A stretch of DNA of 64,000 bases from an uncultured Spirochaetota bacterium. Its GTDB lineage: Bacteria; Spirochaetota; Brevinematia; Brevinematales; JAOACQ01. Below the pieces are notes generated by a model. The model was not told where the DNA came from. It was given only the letters and a program-made list of their open reading frames with translations, and did no database searches. The DNA is taken from the NCBI GenBank assembly GCA_963835575.1, contig CAWIGG010000003.1:1-64000 (forward strand), read 5' to 3'. The position numbers and the translations under genes are program-made. Shown here piece after piece: positions 28,876-39,230 of this stretch; within the stretch, counting starts at the first letter, position 1, and each line of letters starts with the position of its first letter.

Positions 28876-29706
28876 ATGACGGAGTTAAAGAAAATATTGA
28901 TTTTTAACAACATGGTCGAGGCAAATTTGATGGAAAAGATTTTAAAGGAAAATAATATCCCTCACTTGATAAGAAGCTTTCATGACACTGCTTATGACGG
29001 GATTTATCAGGACCAATACGGATGGGGAGTTGTAGAAGCACCGGAAGAATACCGGAATGAAATAATGAAATTATATACCAAAATGCTCAAGGACATAAAT
29101 ACCAATGTTTACCAGGATAAAAACAATGAAGATGAAAATTATGCGGAATCCGATAATGCCGGCGGCCCGGGCATCAGTAAAAAAAGAAAAGGGGAGTCTT
29201 TCAAAACCGCCCGGATGATTGTCATATTCTGCATTATAGCAATTGAGACAATAACAATAATTTATCTTTTCAATAGATTAAACCAATTGTCCGAAAGCAG
29301 ATTTTATAAGAATCAATGGGACCAAAAAACCATGACATTAACAAGAATTAATAATATAAACGGAAATAAACTGGTCCTTGAAGATATAAATGAAAACTTC
29401 ATTTATGAGCTGGAAAATAAATACAATGATAAAGGAATATTAATCAGCCGATATATCGACTCGAACGAAAATTTCATTGATGAGAAGATAATCAAATTTA
29501 ATGATGCCGGACAAATCATACAAGAAGATTATGATGATAATGAGGATTTAAGGTTTGAAAAAATCATCCTGTATTATCCCGATGGGACCAGGCTCTATCT
29601 TATAGATACGAATTTCGATGGAACATATGATATATTAAAAGCGGAAAATGCCGAAGGGAAAATGAAAACTTTTATGCTTCCGAAAGACCTGTTTAAAACA
29701 AAATAA
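28876..29706 (+). CDS. Membrane protein with DUF2007-like N-terminus and DxNxD/N repeats
   Basis: EANLMEKILKENNIP; one TM; four ~24-aa repeats. Confidence 0.65.
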   Translation: MTELKKILIFNNMVEANLMEKILKENNIPHLIRSFHDTAYDGIYQDQYGWGVVEAPEEYRNEIMKLYTKMLKDINTNVYQDKNNEDENYAESDNAGGPGISKKRKGESFKTARMIVIFCIIAIETITIIYLFNRLNQLSESRFYKNQWDQKTMTLTRINNINGNKLVLEDINENFIYELENKYNDKGILISRYIDSNENFIDEKIIKFNDAGQIIQEDYDDNEDLRFEKIILYYPDGTRLYLIDTNFDGTYDILKAENAEGKMKTFMLPKDLFKTK

Positions 29707-29816
29707 AAAATATTGATCATAATTTAAATCATCCTTATTATTATAAGAAGTGGTTTTTTAAACTTACTTCCGCACAAAAACCGATATTATGTATAAAAAT
29801 CATAAGGAATATCATA

Positions 29817-32102
29817 ATGCTGGAATTCAGATTCAACATCGGGCTCTTTATTGACAGCCTTTCAGGAATGGGAAGCTACCAGGCTTCCGTCTGGCATGGC
29901 GTCAATAAAGCCGCGGAGGAAAGGAATGTCAATCTCTTCTGCGCGGCCGGGGGCTCTATTAATTTTTCACCTGATAACAAATACGAGAAGTCCAGGAACC
30001 TGATCTATGATTTTATCAATGAAAAATCCATAGACGGCCTGATCATTACAGGCGGCGCAATCGGCAATTACATTTCGAAAGAAGAACTGCTTCAGTTCTG
30101 CGGCCGTTATAAAGGGCTTCCGATGGTCAGCGTCGGCGGGCCTGTCGAGGGAATACCCGGCGTTCTTATCGATAATCAATCGGGATTAAAAAACCTGATA
30201 TCCCATCTGATCGAAAAGCACCGCTATAAAAAAATCGCTTTTATCCGCGGTCCGGAAGGCAATGCGGACGCTGCCGAGAGATACAAAGTTTATCTGGATA
30301 TGCTCGAAAAATATAATATCCCGCTCGATCCCGTCCTTGTCGCGGCCGGCAATTATCTCGAATCCTCCGGCGCCGAAGCCGTGCGTATGTGGCTGGACGA
30401 AAAAGAAGCCGACATTCAGGCCATTATCGGCTCCAATGACAATATGGCACTGGGCGCCATGAAAGAACTGCAGAGAAGGGGCATCCAGGTCCCTTATGAA
30501 ATCGCCGTCGCAGGTTTTGACGATATAGAAGACGCCGCGGCCATTACTCCCTCTCTCTCAACTGTCCGCCAGCCGGTATTTGAACAGGCAAAAAGGGCGG
30601 CCATGATCCTGATCGACATGCTGGAGGGAAAGCCGGCCGATACGCAGAATGAGTATCTGCCGACCGAAATCATTATCCGTCAGTCTTGCGGATGCCAGCC
30701 CATTTCAATCCAGCAGTCCAGATCCATTAAATTCGAGAAAACAAAAGAGGATTACCGGAGCGTTCTCTCATCCGCAAAAATGAAAATACTTGCCGGGCTG
30801 ACCAACGTTATAAAAAGCGGTTCGGATTACTCTCATGCCGATCTTGTTCAGAGGCTTCTCGATGCATTCTACAGAGACATAATCGATAATCAGGAACAAA
30901 ACTTTTTCCCGGCGCTGGATTCTGTACTCGCCGAAGTCATATCTGAAGGAGAAGATATAACGATCTGGCAGAATGTCATTTCAGAACTCCGCAATAGAAT
31001 TCTTCCTCTTCTCAATCAGGAGATGTTATTTTCCAAAGCCGAAAGCATCTTTCAGAAGGCCTTTCTTTTTATCGGCGAGATGGCCCTGAGGACAGTTTCC
31101 TCAAAAAAAATGTACTCTGAAAAGCAGAGTTATCAGCTCAGCATGCTGGGACAGGCCCTTTCCACAACTTTCGATCTGAATGAACTGGAGGCGACCGTAA
31201 TCAGGGAACTTCCAAACCTCAATATACCCAGTTTTTTTATATCCCTCTTTGACGGCCCGGACGCGGAAAAATGCCGTATTTTTGCGGCGTATAAAGGAGG
31301 GCAGAAACTGGCACTCCGGGATGAAGAAGTTCATTATCCATGCAGAATTCTCATCCCGAAAAACATTTTACCGGCAGAAAGAAGATTTACAATGGTTTTA
31401 TTACCTCTGTATTTTAAAACAGATCAGCTGGGATTTATGCTGATGGAAGCAGGCCCGCTTGAAGGAATTATTTATGAAACGACTTTTATACAGATTTCCA
31501 GTTCCCTCGAAGGCGGGCTTCTTTTGAATAAAAGCAGGCAGGCTGAAAGCGATCTCGTTAAGCGAAACCGGAATATTGAAGCCCTGGTCCTGCCGATGAT
31601 CGAATCGATCAAGCAGGTGGCTGTCATTTCCGCCGAGAGAATGAAGCTTATCCAGGCGCTCTTTGAAAAAACCCGGGGCAGTTATCAGAAAATCAGTGAA
31701 ACTAATGTCATCATCGAAAAAGCCGCGGCCAATATTCATAAAATACTGCAGATCATCAACATCATCAACGGGATTTCCTCGACTGTCAATTTAATGGCCC
31801 TTAACGCTTCGATTGAAGCGACACATGCCGGCGAATACGGCTCGGGTTTTGCCATCATCGCGAAGGAAATAAAAAAACTTTCGGCCTCGACAAAAAAGAA
31901 TTCCGAGGAAATCAGCCAGACATTAAAAGATGTCGTTCAGAACGTTCAGGACTCGGCCAGATACGGCCAGGAAAGCCTGCAGTCATTTGAAGAACAGAGG
32001 AAGGGCGTGGAAAGCATTCTTCAGTCGCTGGAAATCATATCAAAAAACATGGACAGCCTTTCAGACGGCAGCAAAAAAATCCTTTCGGTCATGAACCGCT
32101 AA
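29817..32102 (+). CDS. Soluble chemoreceptor: LacI-type ligand-binding domain plus MCP signalling domain
   Basis: GSNDNMA/AGFDD; NLMALNASIEATHAGEYGSGFAIIAKEIKKLS; no TM helices. Confidence 0.88.
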   Translation: MLEFRFNIGLFIDSLSGMGSYQASVWHGVNKAAEERNVNLFCAAGGSINFSPDNKYEKSRNLIYDFINEKSIDGLIITGGAIGNYISKEELLQFCGRYKGLPMVSVGGPVEGIPGVLIDNQSGLKNLISHLIEKHRYKKIAFIRGPEGNADAAERYKVYLDMLEKYNIPLDPVLVAAGNYLESSGAEAVRMWLDEKEADIQAIIGSNDNMALGAMKELQRRGIQVPYEIAVAGFDDIEDAAAITPSLSTVRQPVFEQAKRAAMILIDMLEGKPADTQNEYLPTEIIIRQSCGCQPISIQQSRSIKFEKTKEDYRSVLSSAKMKILAGLTNVIKSGSDYSHADLVQRLLDAFYRDIIDNQEQNFFPALDSVLAEVISEGEDITIWQNVISELRNRILPLLNQEMLFSKAESIFQKAFLFIGEMALRTVSSKKMYSEKQSYQLSMLGQALSTTFDLNELEATVIRELPNLNIPSFFISLFDGPDAEKCRIFAAYKGGQKLALRDEEVHYPCRILIPKNILPAERRFTMVLLPLYFKTDQLGFMLMEAGPLEGIIYETTFIQISSSLEGGLLLNKSRQAESDLVKRNRNIEALVLPMIESIKQVAVISAERMKLIQALFEKTRGSYQKISETNVIIEKAAANIHKILQIINIINGISSTVNLMALNASIEATHAGEYGSGFAIIAKEIKKLSASTKKNSEEISQTLKDVVQNVQDSARYGQESLQSFEEQRKGVESILQSLEIISKNMDSLSDGSKKILSVMNR

Positions 32103-32105
32103 AAC

Positions 32106-32570
32106 CTATAATGGTGAAAAAGATACTTGAGCGCTGGAATTGGTGATCACCATCTGGTCGTTGTACGCCCAGACTGCCCAGTAATAAGTAACACCTGATG
32201 ATAATGAAGGAGCCGCAGAGGATGTTAATACCCCGCCGCTGACCAGTTTAAAATTAGCGTAATCAACATTGCCGGCCGAACCGGTCAATCCGGTCGTCCA
32301 CATGGCAAAACAGTCGTTCTTATTCTGGATCTGCTTGCCGTTAACGACAATGCTGTTTTTGAATACTCCGACCACTTCATAACTGAGCCCTGTCGCCTTC
32401 CAGACAAATGTCGGCGATAAAGATGCACTGGAACCGGACGGGCCGGTTGTCTCTATCAATACCGTCCCTGAAAAGATCGGGTTTTCCGGTTCAAACGGGG
32501 AATTCTGACAGGAAATTAATAAAGCGATAATTGAAATCAATAATAAATATAATAAAATCTTTGTTTTCAT
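32106..32570 (-). CDS. Lipoprotein with fibronectin-III-like fold
   Basis: Lipobox LLISC; PTFVW...TYYWAVWAY. Confidence 0.7.
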   Translation of the reverse strand: MKTKILLYLLLISIIALLISCQNSPFEPENPIFSGTVLIETTGPSGSSASLSPTFVWKATGLSYEVVGVFKNSIVVNGKQIQNKNDCFAMWTTGLTGSAGNVDYANFKLVSGGVLTSSAAPSLSSGVTYYWAVWAYNDQMVITNSSAQVSFSPL

Positions 32571-32594
32571 ATTATTCCTCCTTATAACCGTCCT

Positions 32595-33878
32595 TTAGAA
32601 TCCGATGCGGATCCCGCAGCCGATCAGTATATTTTGAAGCGACATCTGTTTGGGCGCAAGAGTATAATCACCGAATAAATTAAATTGCTTTTCATTTAAT
32701 GTCACATTTCCCATATTGTGATAGATCGCCTCTATAAAAATAGAAAACCGGTTGACCGGGAAAAAGTTAAATCCGATGATGCCCTTCCAGTAAAAGGCGG
32801 TTTGGTTCAGTTGATAGTCCGGATTACTGATAATAGTAAACCCCAGCCCCGCGCCGGCATAAGGCGAGACAAAGGTCGAAGCGGGGAAAAGATAATACTT
32901 TAATAAAACGTCCGCCCGGTGGTAATAAAGGACCATATTCTGCTCAAAAACCTTGCCGGGCGCTGTTTTATCCTGATAATTATGAAAAAATATTATCGCG
33001 CCGTATTCCAATCCGAAAGCGAAATTGCCGAAGAACCGTTCATAACCGAGCGCCCAGTCCAGCTGGTAATCGGGACTCAGGAGTTCAATCATGCGGGAAG
33101 AAGCATCGATCCTGTTCATGAATATTTTTTCCGCTTTTTTCTCAAGGATTATATTAAGGGAAGTATTTTGATTTTCATTGATATCAAAATCCGCTGACCT
33201 TATTTCATAATTTTCTTTAACAATTGTCGCGGAATATTTCCCTGTTCTCATTTTTTTCTCGCTGATTGGAGTCGTTCCCAGCGATTTATCCCCTATTTTC
33301 ACTTCCGCGCCCTGAGGCGTCGTGTCCAGGTTCAGAAACCCCGCTTTTTCCCCGGCAAGCCTGAGAATAATCGCGTCGGCCAGATCATTGATCCGGGCAA
33401 AAAGCTTATCCCCCACATCTTCGACAATCTTTTCAGCCATAATAACCTCACCGGTATCGATCCTGACAAGCCGCGCGTTCACTTCAATTTTGTTGTTCAA
33501 GGCCGAAAAGCTCCCCAGGATCAGATTGTCCGCCTTTGTCAGAAGCCCGATTGTTTTGCTGTCGTTTAAATCTTCTTCCACAAGTCCGGAAAGGCTGAGT
33601 TTTTTCTCTTCCATAATGTCCAGAAGCCTCTGCCTCTCCACGATATTGAATTTACCGCTTTTCTGCAGGCTTGTGGTCAGCGATTCGGCGATTGTCTTTT
33701 CCAGAAAATCATAGCCTGGATTTTTAGAAATGTTTTTAAAATCGGGAATCGCTATTGATATTTTATTGGTCGCGGCTGCGGATATTTTATTAGCTGATGC
33801 TGCCGCTGAATAAGCTGAGCTTTCATATAAAAGAAATAAAACGGCAATGTACAAAATATGTTTTATGTTCATAATCAA
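32595..33878 (-). CDS. CsgG/FlgO-like, PEGA and outer-membrane beta-barrel domain protein
   Basis: IAIPDF...IVERQRL; TTPQGAEV...LGTTP; terminal GIRIGF. Confidence 0.8.
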   Translation of the reverse strand: MIMNIKHILYIAVLFLLYESSAYSAAASANKISAAATNKISIAIPDFKNISKNPGYDFLEKTIAESLTTSLQKSGKFNIVERQRLLDIMEEKKLSLSGLVEEDLNDSKTIGLLTKADNLILGSFSALNNKIEVNARLVRIDTGEVIMAEKIVEDVGDKLFARINDLADAIILRLAGEKAGFLNLDTTPQGAEVKIGDKSLGTTPISEKKMRTGKYSATIVKENYEIRSADFDINENQNTSLNIILEKKAEKIFMNRIDASSRMIELLSPDYQLDWALGYERFFGNFAFGLEYGAIIFFHNYQDKTAPGKVFEQNMVLYYHRADVLLKYYLFPASTFVSPYAGAGLGFTIISNPDYQLNQTAFYWKGIIGFNFFPVNRFSIFIEAIYHNMGNVTLNEKQFNLFGDYTLAPKQMSLQNILIGCGIRIGF

Positions 33879-34130
33879 TCTCCTGATAATATTTAATCGA
33901 TTTATTATATTGCACAGACATGGCTCTTAAACGGCAACGGCAGCGATTTAATATTATTTTAACATTTAATTTCTTTATTTTAAAGTAATAATTAAAAATA
34001 TCATTAATAAAATCCCGGTCTCATAATAATCCCGGCTTTATAAATAGTCAAGGGAAATACTGTTGCCAATATAAATAATCATAAGACCGTTATTTTTTAA
34101 TTAATATAAGACAAACCGAACGATTTTTTA

Positions 34131-34649
34131 TTATAACCGCTTCTCGATGATCATAAAAGACGCCATCCGGCAGAACGTATGACAGCCGGCCCTCTTTCCG
34201 ATGACAAAAGAACAGACAAGGAACAGCCCGATGATTGAATAATATATTCTGTAAACCCAGGGCTCCGAAACGGACACTCCCGAAGCCGTCAGAAAAAGAG
34301 GATCGATTTTTTTATTCCCCCGGCCAGGACATAAAATGTAATAATTGAGCCGAGTCATGGGACCCGGATCGGGTATTTTATCCAATTTACTTTTTTAATG
34401 GCCGGCTTAGCGTTAACCGCGAAACACCATTCCTGCAGCGCCCCGGTTGGGCAGGCAAACCCGCAGTATGCCCTGCCGGACACAAGGGAAAAAACAAAAA
34501 GAAGAATAAACACAATACTGCTCCCGATCAGCATTCCCTGCGAAGCCGCGTAGACCGAAAGAATGGGAGAAAAGAAGTAAAGCGTAACCGGAAGAAGCAG
34601 AAAAGAAATCATCCCCCGCCGCTTTTCTTATTCTTTGCCTCATATTCAT
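34131..34649 (-). pseudogene. Degraded 4Fe-4S-binding membrane protein (NapH/YccM-like)
   Basis: GRAYCGFACPTGALQE and GKRAGCHTFC lie in different frames; truncated. Confidence 0.78.
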
Positions 34650-34762
34650 CTCTTATTTTATAGAAACGGCAGAAACCGTTTTATGCAAGATTTCAAATTC
34701 TTTACCGCATCAATCGAAATAAGACCCACGAGTTGAAACGATATATATCAATTTGCATTTAT

Positions 34763-35578
34763 TCATTTTTTTATTCCGACTATTAAATAACCATAACTGT
34801 TATAGACTTTATAATCTTTTACATCATCCAAACTATCCGGTATAGGAGGCCTTGGCTTTAAATACCCTGGATTCATCTTAATTAAAAATTTCTTTTTCCA
34901 TCCGTCGGGAATTTTATCTGAGGGAGCTTCATCGCCCCACGAAACAATACCTTTTTTCCTGACCACACGGATAAATTCATGTATTGCCTTTTCCGGTTCA
35001 TTATAAAGATTAACACTTCCGAAATGAAATATTGCATCGAAGCTGTTGTCATCAAAAGGCAGGTAGCTTCCATTCCCCTGAATTAAAAATGTATTTAATT
35101 GTTTTTGTTTTTTTCTGCATTGCCGCAGCATGCCCAGTGATAAATCTAATGCCACAAAATCCCCTTTGTCAGTAATAAGTTCTCTGAGATATGGCTGAAA
35201 AACCCCGGGGCCGGGAGATACTTCCAATATTCTCATGCCCGGTTTTAGCCCTAAGTAGGATACTGTTTCTTTCCAAGTTTTCCGCATATCCAGGCCGACT
35301 AAAAGTTTTCCGAAAAACCTCTCATTGATGTTATATAAGGGAGCAAACAAATCATAGAACTTGTTCCACTTTTTATCTTCCCCGGTTAGATTATGGGGAT
35401 ATGCTAATGATAATATTCCATCAATAATTGGATATTTGAATCCATCATTTCTTACAAGATATTTATTTTCAATTCTTAACGCTTCTTTTGTTTCCGGACA
35501 TCTTATTATTTCCAATAACCAGCCTGGATAATTTACTTTATTATCATCTTTATTTCTGATTCTTTGCTGCATATTCAC
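34763..35578 (-). CDS. Class I SAM methyltransferase with Trm112-like N-terminus
   Basis: IRCPETK...YPIIDGI; ILEVSPGPG; LPFDDNSFD. Confidence 0.87.
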   Translation of the reverse strand: MNMQQRIRNKDDNKVNYPGWLLEIIRCPETKEALRIENKYLVRNDGFKYPIIDGILSLAYPHNLTGEDKKWNKFYDLFAPLYNINERFFGKLLVGLDMRKTWKETVSYLGLKPGMRILEVSPGPGVFQPYLRELITDKGDFVALDLSLGMLRQCRKKQKQLNTFLIQGNGSYLPFDDNSFDAIFHFGSVNLYNEPEKAIHEFIRVVRKKGIVSWGDEAPSDKIPDGWKKKFLIKMNPGYLKPRPPIPDSLDDVKDYKVYNSYGYLIVGIKK

Positions 35579-35581
35579 CTC

Positions 35582-36130
35582 TTATTTGTATTTTGTATTC
35601 AGAATTTTTTCCGCTTCATCGCACCAGTCCAGATAAGCCTGATAGACTTTTTCACCGAACAAAATCGTCATCAAAATATAAAGGTGGCTTTCATCCTTAT
35701 CAAGAATAGCTTTTAAGTCATTGCGGAATAAATTAAGAACGCTCAAGTTCTGCCTGTACCTATCACGGAAATCATGTATATAATTCAGAATATTATTTTT
35801 GTCCGTCAGGCTGCCAAAGTATATTTTCAGCAGTATTTCATACCTGGCCATCTCTTTAACCGGCGGGATGGAAAGCCATTTTTCCAATTCCAGACGCCCT
35901 GTCTGAGTTAAATCGTAGATAGTCTTCTGCCTTTTATTATTCTGTTTTGTTTTTTTACATATAATCAGCCCTTCATTCATGAGCTTTTTCAATTCCGGGT
36001 AAATCTGGCCGTAGCTTTCCTGCCAGAAATACTGGAACCGGATTTGAATATACTTTTTTATGTCATAGCCGGTTAAACCGCTTTCGCTTAAAAGCCCGAG
36101 GATCACATAACGCGTTTTTCTTTCATTCAT
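35582..36130 (-). CDS. PadR-family transcriptional regulator
   Basis: ILGLL...TGYDIKK...SYGQIYPELKKL...YDLTQTG. Confidence 0.93.
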   Translation of the reverse strand: MNERKTRYVILGLLSESGLTGYDIKKYIQIRFQYFWQESYGQIYPELKKLMNEGLIICKKTKQNNKRQKTIYDLTQTGRLELEKWLSIPPVKEMARYEILLKIYFGSLTDKNNILNYIHDFRDRYRQNLSVLNLFRNDLKAILDKDESHLYILMTILFGEKVYQAYLDWCDEAEKILNTKYK

Positions 36131-36926
36131 AAACCGGCCGCCCTTCCTCAGCCTGATAGGAAGGTAAACGGTCTATGCTTTTCCCGGCATGAACATCGGG
36201 CCTGCCTTTTACAAAAACTGCCTGCCCGGGACAGAATGCCGTACAGCGCATGCAGAATTCACAATAAGTTCCATGGACAGGCCAGTCTTCCATCCAGATA
36301 TTCTTGACCGGGCATTGCGCGATGCAGAGCCCGCATTGTTCACACTTATCTTTATCAACTTTCAATTTAAAGATCAGCCTCATGGAAACCCAGAGTAACG
36401 GCGTGTTCCTGGATAGCCATGAAACAAAAACCGGGCCTGAATTACGGCCTTCCCATTTTGTTTTCCCTTCAATAATGTCCGCGGCGAACTGCCTGACCCG
36501 GTTTGCGGCTTTTTTCAATCTTTCATTCCTCTGATTCTCATCATCAGGACCAATAATAAGATTGTTCGGCATACTGACCTCGCATGCCCCGGCAGGATCA
36601 TAGCCCTTTCTTTTTAATATTCTGTACAGAGGCTTTAAAAGCCCGCCTGATTCATTACATGTAACAATCAGAAATACCGGGGTCCCGTTTGATTTCGGAA
36701 GCGATTTAATGAACCTGTAGATAAAGGGCAGTGTGGACTGCGTATTCGCCGGTATCGCCAGACCGAGAATTTTTCCCTTCATTTCATCCGGATAGAGGGA
36801 TTGTTCTATGGGCAGTAAATTAACGGAAATCCCCTTTTCACTGAAAACTTCACGCATCTCATTGACAGCCGTCAGGGTATTGCCCGTTCCTGTAAAATAA
36901 TAAAACTCGATTAAATTTCCCTTCAT
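36123..36926 (-). CDS. EFR1-family flavodoxin-ferredoxin fusion
   Basis: YYFTGTGNT; CEQCGLCIAQCP; CEFCMRCTAFCP. Confidence 0.92.
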   Translation of the reverse strand: MKGNLIEFYYFTGTGNTLTAVNEMREVFSEKGISVNLLPIEQSLYPDEMKGKILGLAIPANTQSTLPFIYRFIKSLPKSNGTPVFLIVTCNESGGLLKPLYRILKRKGYDPAGACEVSMPNNLIIGPDDENQRNERLKKAANRVRQFAADIIEGKTKWEGRNSGPVFVSWLSRNTPLLWVSMRLIFKLKVDKDKCEQCGLCIAQCPVKNIWMEDWPVHGTYCEFCMRCTAFCPGQAVFVKGRPDVHAGKSIDRLPSYQAEEGRPVYE

Positions 36927-37047
36927 TTATTGATCTCCTAATAAATTTGTTTAACATGGCGCAAAATCGCGACCGGCACGGGTTGACGATGTTTTACGTG
37001 CCAATGGCCCGGCGTTTTTTTACCTCCCGAACGGCAAAAAAGACAAA

Positions 37048-37437
37048 TCATTTGATAATCTTCTTAATTATATAAGGGGTGATTAAATGAGATAACAATA
37101 CCAGAGTCCAGATATTTCCTCTCCATATTTTCCATCCCTCAAAAAGTTCACTTAAGCTCTTTTTTTGAATAACCAGAACCCCGATAAATTCAAAATTCAA
37201 TAAAAGTACAAGCCAGATTATTCCTAAAACAAGAAAAGAATTTATATCAAAGCTTCTAAATATAATAACAAGTATGTAAGAATAAATAATAATCAAAATA
37301 ATTTGCGGAACAAGATAAATCCAATGACCGTTTGAAAGATTGATTTTTAGCCCGTAGGCCAGAAAAGAATGAACGGCAATTCTCAATAAGGTTAAAATAA
37401 TCCAGGAGATAATTGAAACAATGATTATGATCCACAT
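37048..37437 (-). CDS. Hypothetical membrane protein
   Basis: 4 TM; GIIWLVLLLNFEF. Confidence 0.7.
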   Translation of the reverse strand: MWIIIIVSIISWIILTLLRIAVHSFLAYGLKINLSNGHWIYLVPQIILIIIYSYILVIIFRSFDINSFLVLGIIWLVLLLNFEFIGVLVIQKKSLSELFEGWKIWRGNIWTLVLLSHLITPYIIKKIIK

Positions 37438-37462
37438 ATATAATATTCCTTCAAAATTCTAT

Positions 37463-37508
37463 ATATATCTAATAGATATATTATACCAATAAATATTCAA
37501 TTTGTCAA
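37463..37508 (-). promoter_or_regulatory. Consensus sigma70 promoter with overlapping palindromic operator (probable PadR site)
   Basis: Minus-strand TTGACA-N17-TATAAT (37508-37480); ATATATCTA-A-TAGATATAT at 37463-37481. Confidence 0.75.
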
Positions 37509-37716
37509 CACAATTCCGATATTTTTTCCTGCCTGAAAAATATTTCTGTCCCGGGTTTAGAAACCGAATAGAATAAAATTAAAATTTATTTTCACTCCTC
37601 TTGATAAATTCTTCAGACTTCTTTATAATTTCTCATTATATAATTTCAATTCACAATTAAGGAGGTATAAAAACTGCTATATCTGCAATACAACAAAGAT
37701 ATAGAAGAAATATTCT

Positions 37717-38349
37717 ATGAATGAGGTTTGGCTATTTAAGACCCATGAAGATTTGCTTGGGGAGGGTGAGTCTTTTTATAATCTCTACGGGGATTATACC
37801 TATCTGCTGGAAGGGTATTACGAAACCCTTCAAAGTCAATTAAGCGGCGTTAATATCCACCCCACCGCCGAAGAATGCCTGGACGCCTACATTATCGCTC
37901 TGGCTATGGAAAAGGCAAACATCAATAAAGTTCCCGTCCCGGAATATAAAATCGTAACGGATAAAACAAAAGTCGAATCTTTCCCGGTATTGGGCTACGC
38001 AATGAACCCCTTCTCCAACAATTCCTATATCATTGACAACCTGAAGTTTTACGACCATAAAATAAAATCTCTTACGCTGTCCGGAAAATATTTCGCGCTG
38101 CTGCAGAAAATCCCATCCGAGGACTACCGTCTCGATACGATCCGCTGCATACTTGGCAAAACAACAGTAAAGGAATACCAGGATTTCTCGATGGCGGCCT
38201 TCAAAGTATTCAAGGTACCGCTGATGAAAATAAAAGTGATTGTCACCCTGGAAAACTACTTTATGAGCGCTATCGAGCCGCTGGATTATGATACCCTGAC
38301 AATTAACGAAAAGAAAATGCTGGAGGGAATGGGACAATGGCAAAAATAG
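37717..38349 (+). CDS. RimK-like ATP-grasp N-terminal (RLAN) domain protein
   Basis: NLYGDYTYLLEGYYETL...HPT motif; upstream of an ATP-grasp gene; true start may lie ~45 nt upstream across a frameshift. Confidence 0.72.
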   Translation: MNEVWLFKTHEDLLGEGESFYNLYGDYTYLLEGYYETLQSQLSGVNIHPTAEECLDAYIIALAMEKANINKVPVPEYKIVTDKTKVESFPVLGYAMNPFSNNSYIIDNLKFYDHKIKSLTLSGKYFALLQKIPSEDYRLDTIRCILGKTTVKEYQDFSMAAFKVFKVPLMKIKVIVTLENYFMSAIEPLDYDTLTINEKKMLEGMGQWQK

Positions 38350-39230
38350 CGATTTTTACGGAAAGAAGCACACTCAGGATGGCGGCCGAGCTCAATTCAC
38401 TTTTTAATTTCAGGGAAGTCGCTTTTGAACTGGGGCATGATCTGGATTTTATTTTTAAAGATGATATCAAATATCTCAAGAATTACGACGCCATATTCAT
38501 CCGGGCTCTCACCGACCCTCTGAACAACAGCTATGTTGTCTCAAGGATGGCGGAACTGAATAAAATTCATGTGCTGGACAAATCATCGGACATCCGCATC
38601 TGCTCCGACAAGGTCAATATGTACCTTCACCTTCAGAAAGACAGCGTGCCGCACCCCTCAACGGTCTTTCTAAAAAACGACGAGGTAACGGTCGAAAACG
38701 CCCGCGATTTCTTCGAGGACATGGGCATTCCGCTGGTGCTGAAAGCGCCGAACTCCAGTTTTTCGGCTTATGTTGAGAAAGTGTCCTCTCCCGACGAGTT
38801 TGTCAGGATCGGAAAGAAATTCCTTCGGCGTTCCGACATCATCATTGTCCAGCAGTATCTTCCCAGCCGGTTCGACTGGCGCGTCGTTCTTCTGGACGGG
38901 AAGGTCATTTCAGTCGTGAAATACATTATGAACGCCAACGCCTGGAAGATCGTCGACCATGACCATGAAGGGAAACTCCTCGACTGCTCTGTCGAGGGAA
39001 TGGAGATCGGTCAGGTGAACCCGAAACTCATCGATACCGCTTTAAAGGCCGGCAATTCCATCGGCAAGGGTTTATACGGGGTTGATCTGAAGGAAGTTGA
39101 CAATGAGTTTTTCGTCATCGAGGTCAACGATAATCCGAATATAGATCAGGGACTTGAGGACCAGAAATCACCCTTAATATATGAATGGATCATCAAATAC
39201 CTGGTAGGAGAGCCGTTTGAAGGTCTATGA
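38337..39230 (+). CDS. RimK-family ATP-grasp ligase
   Basis: PLVLKAPNSSFS, QQYLP, DWRV, YGVDLK, IEVNDNP. Confidence 0.92.
   Translation: MAKIAIFTERSTLRMAAELNSLFNFREVAFELGHDLDFIFKDDIKYLKNYDAIFIRALTDPLNNSYVVSRMAELNKIHVLDKSSDIRICSDKVNMYLHLQKDSVPHPSTVFLKNDEVTVENARDFFEDMGIPLVLKAPNSSFSAYVEKVSSPDEFVRIGKKFLRRSDIIIVQQYLPSRFDWRVVLLDGKVISVVKYIMNANAWKIVDHDHEGKLLDCSVEGMEIGQVNPKLIDTALKAGNSIGKGLYGVDLKEVDNEFFVIEVNDNPNIDQGLEDQKSPLIYEWIIKYLVGEPFEGL

Noticed and set aside
36948..37045. Possible attC remnant on the minus strand ending GTTAAAC
   Set aside because: A GGCACG/CGTGCC hairpin is present, but there is no RYYYAAC box and no similarity to the attC family at 0.4-6.8 kb.
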